Positions 57,501 to 64,000 of a stretch of DNA of 64,000 nucleotides are shown here, in pieces (within the stretch, counting starts at the first letter, position 1; every line of letters starts with the position of its first letter). A program made the translations under genes and the position numbers. Origin of the DNA: Chara braunii (Eukaryota > Plantae > Charophyceae); the NCBI GenBank assembly GCA_003427395.1, contig BFEA01000040.1, forward strand, positions 3,039,954-3,103,953, written 5' to 3'. The notes beneath the pieces are model-generated. The model made no database searches. It saw only the letters and a program-made list of their open reading frames with translations, and was not told where the DNA came from.

Positions 57501-60500
57501 CTCTCTTTGCAGCTCGTTACTCACTGCCTTCCAGTTGACATCAACATCCCAGCACACACGTTCAGTTCTCTCCTCTCTCGCTGTTGACCCTCTCACCCGC
57601 GTGTCGCAGGCGTACTGCCTACTCTCCCCTCTCACTTTCTCAGTGACCACCCTTTTGCTCCTCTCAGACCGCGCCACGTGCAGACTGTACACACCCATCA
57701 CGCTCATGCGCACCACTCATCTCGTCACCTCTGGTTCGCTACAGATGTCGTTGAGTTGACATCAGACGTGCCCCGCAAACTCGTCCCGTTCCCGCTTACT
57801 CTCTGTCTCCCTCTTCGTTGACCTCTTCGCAGCGCACGTGTTCTGCCTCTCGCGTCTCACACTTGTCTCTTTCCCTTGCTCTGTTTTCCTCCTGCCCTGC
57901 GGCCTCTGGTCCCACGGCCTCTGGGAGTCGGCTGTCGTGAGCTGGCCTCAGACCCCTTTTCCACCGGCTTCGCAGCCCGGTGGTGCTTTTGGATCTCCTC
58001 GGGTCTGTTCCAGGACCTGAGATCTGTCTCACAGTCAGCCTCGCTCATTTCACTCTCCCCGCCTGAGTCTGTCTCGTTGTGCTGCTCCTCCCTTCTCTCG
58101 GTCCCAGTTGATGATTCGGTCTTGTGATAGATGACCGTCACTCTGAAGCCCACGGTCACCGTGTCTCGTCTGCACCTCCGCTCTGCCCTGTCGCGCGCTT
58201 CGGAAATGGCAGCCTGCAGCCTCTGGTCACCTCGCATCTCCTCCTCTCTCCCCTCTTCACTACACACCTTCAGTCGAACTTCTCCCCCATCATAGTTCAG
58301 GGCCGTCATAATCAGGGTGCCATCACCTGACACTGGGACCCAGCGCACCATGTGCGCCAACAGCCAGACCTATAGCCGTGTAGTGCCATTGCTACTCAAG
58401 ATAGCCTGCCCCGCTTGATAGATAGCACAACACTAGACCCAACACTCGTGCCCACAGACTACCCACCGCTTTCTCAGGCCAACANNNNNNNNNNNNNNNN
58501 NNNNNNNNNNNNNNNNNNNNNNNNNNNNNNNNNNNNNNNNNNNNNNNNNNNNNNNNNNNNNNNNNNNNNNNNNNNNNNNNNNNNNNNNNNNNNNNNNNNN
58601 NNNNNNNNNNNNNNNNNNNNNNNNNNNNNNNNNNNNNNNNNNNNNNNNNNNNNNNNNNNNNNNNNNNNNNNNNNNNNNNNNNNNNNNNNNNNNNNNNNNN
58701 NNNNNNNNNNNNNNNNNNNNNNNNNNNNNNNNNNNNNNNNNNNNNNNNNNNNNNNNNNNTTTTTTTTAATAGTCTTGATATTCCAAAATATAAAGCAAAA
58801 TAAAACTGAATAATTCGAAGCCGAAAACTCAACGGTCAAGGTATGGTTCAAAATCGCTATGCTGCCCTCAAGCCACTAATTATCACGATGTGACCACGGC
58901 CCACTATCTGAAGTCCCATAACGGGACACTGACAAGCATTTTTCTTTCTTTAAGACGTACGCGTTGACTTATACCCGATGGGTACCCGTGTCCGATGGCA
59001 AGGAGGGGGCTTATNANCCTCCACNGGGGGGTGATAGACTCCCTACCAATGCGGCCGAGGGTCGCCCTTCTTTTGAGGCTTTACCGTGCAACACTTCAAC
59101 CATGCGCCTCTGGTACATGAGTCTTACGAGGAGTCGGTCCAGTNTAGGCCGCCAGNCCATANTCGCANNCCAANAACTTGAACCGTCGGCCTCCCCTTCA
59201 AANTGTCTGAANCGAGAAAAGGAGAACCGCGCCTGGAAAATTGAGAAGTTAACAATGATGGTTATAATAATAATCGTAAATAAAATAGAAAGGGGAAGAC
59301 TCAACGGTACAGTAGCCCGATATCGCCGGATTATCCCCGATTAAAGCAAGGGTNGCGATCCATATGCAGCTCTGACTCTTAGTTTTCCTTTCTGCTCTCA
59401 CACTTCTTACTTTCTTTTATTTCTTTTACTTAGCTTTTCTTTTCTTTGACACCGGTCTGTCTCCATGCACCTAACNCATAGCTNAGTACCGGGGCGCTTG
59501 GCGCACAGTTGCAAAGACCGGGCCAGCCCTCTCACCTCCGCGTCCCAGGGTGAACCCGNCGGCTACCACGGTCACAGGCCGGTTGTGCTCTGCTGTACAG
59601 CAGGGCGCTGAGCCTGGGTGGACCAATGGAAGTCCTGTGGCNCACCCCTTTTGCTGAGGGCTACGCCACCGGGACTGATCCACATCATACTTTAGCCCAG
59701 GTACCAAGCGTCACAGTGTCTTGGGAGGAGCTACANATCGCAACANTAAACTAAGGGTNGTACCAAGTAGGGACTTGGTACACAGAGGAGGGCCGGGACA
59801 CCGCGCCCTCCGACATAATACCAAACCCCCATCCAGCGTCCCCGCTGGGTCGGAGCGAGAAGTTTCGATATAAAAACATTGCAACCCAATATGCCCTCGC
59901 TCATTCCCATTTCGGCTTGAGGCGATTTCCGCGCCACCGTTCCTTTTGCGCTAGTTGACTCTTCACCTTTCTCATAGCGTTCGTAATCCTCTGAGCACAC
60001 CTTCCTTCTTCGCACTCACCTTCCTTCTCCGCATCCGCCTCTCTTTCAAGTGTTCGCCCTCACTCTCTGCGCTGGCTATCCCCCTTTGCGCTAGGTTTCT
60101 TTCTCTCTGTGCCAGGCTTCTTCTCCCTGTACTTTCTTTTCTTTTAGTGCTCACCTTCTTTCTCCCGTAGCATACCGCAATCTCCCGTAGTCAGCGATCA
60201 TTTTCCTTTACTTCTTTTGATAATCTTTCACTCCCACTTTCATGATTCATCTCATCATCGCAGATTTCACTCACACAACTTTCTCAGTCCTAGCCCTTAG
60301 ACACCTCACGTGCATCATGCCTGAGGCACGCCGCGGACAGGGTAGGTGAAGAGGAGGAAGGACAGGGCAGGCTAGGAGGAACCGCCAGCCAGGGCACGAC
60401 GCACTTATAATTTAGAGGAGGAGGAGGAAGAAGAACCAAGAGGCTACGCGCACTGAAGACACTATCCGCGTTATCCATCATCAGGGTGGTACGAGAAAAC

Positions 60501-62871
60501 TTCATCCCCAGACAGGATGGAATACCTCCGAAAAAAGTTTGATGCGCGCTACAGCACACCGAGTGCCTCTTCTCCCCCTTATATCCCTAGACCTCCTTCC
60601 ACTCCAGCAGTAAGCAAGGCCATAGTGCCAGTTCAGCCTCCTTCTGCCCCATGTGCCGTCTCATCACTCCATCATCCCAGTCACTGCATTCTCTTCAGCA
60701 TTTTCTTTCTCCTCTTTCTTTTCCAGCTCAAGCTCATGGCAGTCTTTTACGTCTTATATAAGCGCGACTTCTTTTCAGCCTTTTAAATCTGATTTTTGGC
60801 TCATAAAATTCTTTATCTAGTCCACTTCATAGCGTCCCAAGCCTGAGAGTTTGGCTTACTTAAGGCCCGGGATGCAGGTTCCTCGCGAACCAGGCCGCTT
60901 GTCGGCCACCAAATAAAATTTTAAGAAGGATTTTGTCTGAATGTTTGACTTGCTCAACTGTTGGCCTTTTCACATGGAGGTTACCTCAGCTCTTGATCAG
61001 GCACCTATGCTAGGGATGACCCCAGTAACGAGAGTACTCACTCTGTCTGACATGCTGCAAATAAGGTATACCAAACCCTCTTTTCTGCTCTTTGAATTGA
61101 GAGACATCTTCTTAGCTCCTCACTTGATGGAGATACCAAACCCTTGTTTTCTTTCTCTAGTCCGAGTGAGGCGTCTCCTCAACTTCCCAGACAAAGGGGA
61201 GGGGATACCAAACCCTTTTTCTTTTCTCTGGTCTGGGAACTTCAGATAAGTATTTGTATACCTGCGAAACCAGCAAGTCTCACAAACACCCACCATATCC
61301 CAACAGACAGACCCTCTGACAACCAGCAATCAAACATTAACAAATTAAAATAAGCCCCATAAATAAAATAATAAATAACAAATAACAATTAATACATAAC
61401 AACTCTTCATACCCAGGATTTATTGATTGCCTTGTTTTCGACCCACCACTGGCCATGAATGTCAAACGTCCCGTCAGTCTGAAATACCTCATTCGGCCCG
61501 CCTCATGCCAGGACTAGTCAGACCATTTGTTTTGACAGCCCCTTTGACCTGCCTCCAAGTCAGGACAAATCATACCCACTACTCGAGTATGGCAGCCCTT
61601 TGACACTCTCGCCAGGACACCCAGACTATAGCGGGTCTGGTCACCCTATGGCAGTAGACGTCCTGTCAGTCTGACTGTCCCGAATCCGGATTTAACCACT
61701 GCGGTCAGGGACCGGCTCACCTACCAGTTTTTGGCCAAGAGCGCTAGCTACCCCGCCCAGATTTTTGAACGTGGGACCCGGTCTAACCACAGTTCCAGGC
61801 TCTGGCTAACCTCACTAGATTGCATCCTCTGACTTCGGTAGGGTTCCAGCCGACCCCTCTCAGCCTCATAGGCCAGACTCCCGGAGTCTTAGCCTCAGCT
61901 GACTACGGAATTCGACACTCGCGTCGGGGACCTGCTGACCCCACCAGATTGCAACCTGCTACGGTAAGGCTCTGGCGAGCCTCGACAATCAACGCATCCT
62001 TAGGTTAGAGAAGAAAACCCCAGACACATACAATCAGGCAAGCATATCATAACCCACAAGCAGACTACCCTTGCCCCATAACAGAACAAACATTTTCCAA
62101 GAGACTTACCTTCAGTCTCAAGAGACACTGAACACACTGGCCAACACTAAGAGTTTGCAAAAGACCTCCCTTCATTCACAAACAAAAACTTAGTGCTAGC
62201 CCCAGAGAGGTCCCTTCCCTCAACTGAGATTTCGTTTTCCAAGAGACGTCACTCCACTCTCAAGGAAATACTGAAACTCTGATCGCAGAGAGGTCCCTTC
62301 CCTCATCTTAGTGAAGACAGACCCTTTGCCAAGAATCACGAAGTCCCTCTATTGACCACTCGCAGTCAAGTAAAGCTGAACTTCTTTATGTTTGCCTTCG
62401 TCTTAATCTCTTGAAAGAACAACTTAGTCAAAGACATGAAGTCCTCCTGCTGATAATTTTCAATCAGACAAAACTGAACTTCGCTATGCCCATCATGATT
62501 TTTCATAGTGATAACAATAGCACTGCTTATATCATTTGATATGTCACAGCCTTGAGCTTCTCAGACCTTGACACTATGCCAATGCTCTCAGAAATGTACT
62601 CACAATTACTCCCCACTCTCAGGATTTGACACTCATGGAACGACTGCAGCGCTGCATCAAAAATATAGTCTCATTAACTCAGTTGCTTGCTGACATAGAT
62701 AACGAAATGACTTGTTGAAAACTGGAATATTGAAACTGAGATGCTGAAACTGGAGTACTGAAACTGAAATGTTGAATTGACTATGCAAGAATGATCATTG
62801 TCTGCTGATAACTGAGCCTCACTGTCTCAGTGTCTTACTGTACTCTTTCTCAGTCCTCTATGATCGTTCTC

Positions 62872-64000
62872 TTACTTGGGTGGTTGATTCCCCTTTCCTC
62901 TCTTTGGAGTCACTGTAGGGATCAAGTCAGGATCTCTGAAGATAAATTTACGAAGTCTTGACACTGACACCATGTCGTGAACTCTGAATCCGTCTATTTC
63001 TGATATCTCATAAACCTTGCCTTCTGCCTCTCCTGTGATTCTGTAAGGACCAAGTCATCTAGGCTCCAATCTTTTAGTCCATTGTGTCTCAAGAGAACTG
63101 TTAAACAGAAGAACAACATCTCCAATCTTCAATTTCTCTTTTCTTATATACCTTTTCTTGTTCCATCTTTCTTGATCCGATAGTCTGCCGGATTTCATTC
63201 TCTCTGCTGCATCCATCACTGTCTGATCAACTTCAGATATCTGGCTCATTCTGATCTGAAGGAGTTCTGAAATAGAATAATCCCTGCCACTTTCCTGACT
63301 TGACCATGTCTCAACAATACTCTCAATAGACAATGTAGCATATCGGCCGTACCACAGGGTAAAATGTGCAAAACCAGCAGTTCTCTTGACTGTGATATTA
63401 TCAGCATATACAGCAGCTCTTAACACCTTTGGCCAGTTACTGAGTTTCCCTTCACACCACTTGGCCAATGAATCTTCCAGAGTTCTGTGGCCTCTTTCAA
63501 CGGGTGCATTCGCTTGAGGATGGTAAGTAGTCACATACCGAATTTTGACTCCCAATCTTAGTATAATTTTTCTGACAACCTCATTTCGGAATTATGATCC
63601 TCTGTCTGAGACAAATTCTCCGATAAAGGGATACCTGAGAGATAGACTTCCTTTATCCAATCAGCCACTTGCTCGGTTGTCTTCCTTTTCAGAGTTTTTG
63701 CCTCAACGTATCCAGAGAAATTATCTCTCATGTTTAGTATGTATCTCATCCCACCCTTGCCTGGAGGAATAGTGATGAGATCTAGATGAACTCTACTACC
63801 TGGCTCTACCAGGATTGTAGGGAATAGGGGTCCAATCATCCTCGTGGTAGACCTCTTCTGACATAAGACACATGATTTACAGTATCTGAAAATCATGTCT
63901 CTCATGCAAGGCCAGAAGTAGAGTTTGACAGTCTTGGAGTAGGTAGTCTCAGCAGCCCTGTGACCACCAACGACCCCTTCATGCAAAGCAGCAATTATCT
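62872..64000 (-). pseudogene. pol: Integrase of unit 2 (frameshifted, partial)
   Basis: HEGVVGGH..CKSCVLC, HLDLI and YHPQANAPVER; homologous to 43394-44500. Confidence 0.92.

Larger units (their letters stand above)
51374..64000 (-). mobile_element. Second head-to-tail copy: shared LTR, 3' internal region and integrase of unit 2 (runs off the window)
   Basis: 51374-64000 is colinear with 32272-~44510, with substitutions and indels (e.g. ~29 bp at ~59940, ~69 bp at ~62220). Confidence 0.9.

Overview
Eukaryotic, repeat-dominated draft-assembly window with N gaps, microsatellites and spliceosomal-type introns. The trihelix/Myb-SANT pseudogene and the very large Ty3/Gypsy element resemble the charophyte alga Chara braunii, but the species is an inference. 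Three zones are visible. (1) ~1-16370 is a decayed, co-oriented (+) gene cluster around a Plavaka/CACTA(EnSpm)-type DDE transposase. It also encodes a divergent histone H3-fold protein, probably the C-terminal domain of a longer fusion, a Ulp1/SENP (C48) SUMO-protease-like gene with 97-aa repeats, several unknown ORFs, and an array of 72-bp hairpins spaced by microsatellites. I interpret this as a candidate giant DNA transposon with chromatin-modifying cargo. (2) ~16370-32271 holds a 5'-truncated trihelix/Myb-SANT pseudogene, a U6 snRNA pseudogene, a Harbinger/Tourist MITE (TTA TSD), a hAT MITE (8-bp TSD), and an array of 35-nt hairpins with compensatory stem changes and 26-34-nt spacers. (3) 32272-64000 contains two head-to-tail copies of a ~19.1-kb minus-strand Ty3/Gypsy retrotransposon with a tRNA-Asp PBS, gag-PR-RT-RH-INT and a ~9-11-kb LTR. 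Its LTR and pre-gag region encode paralogous proteins I do not recognise. Most ORFs are broken by C>T/G>A-type stops. All alignments were done by eye; no database searches were run.
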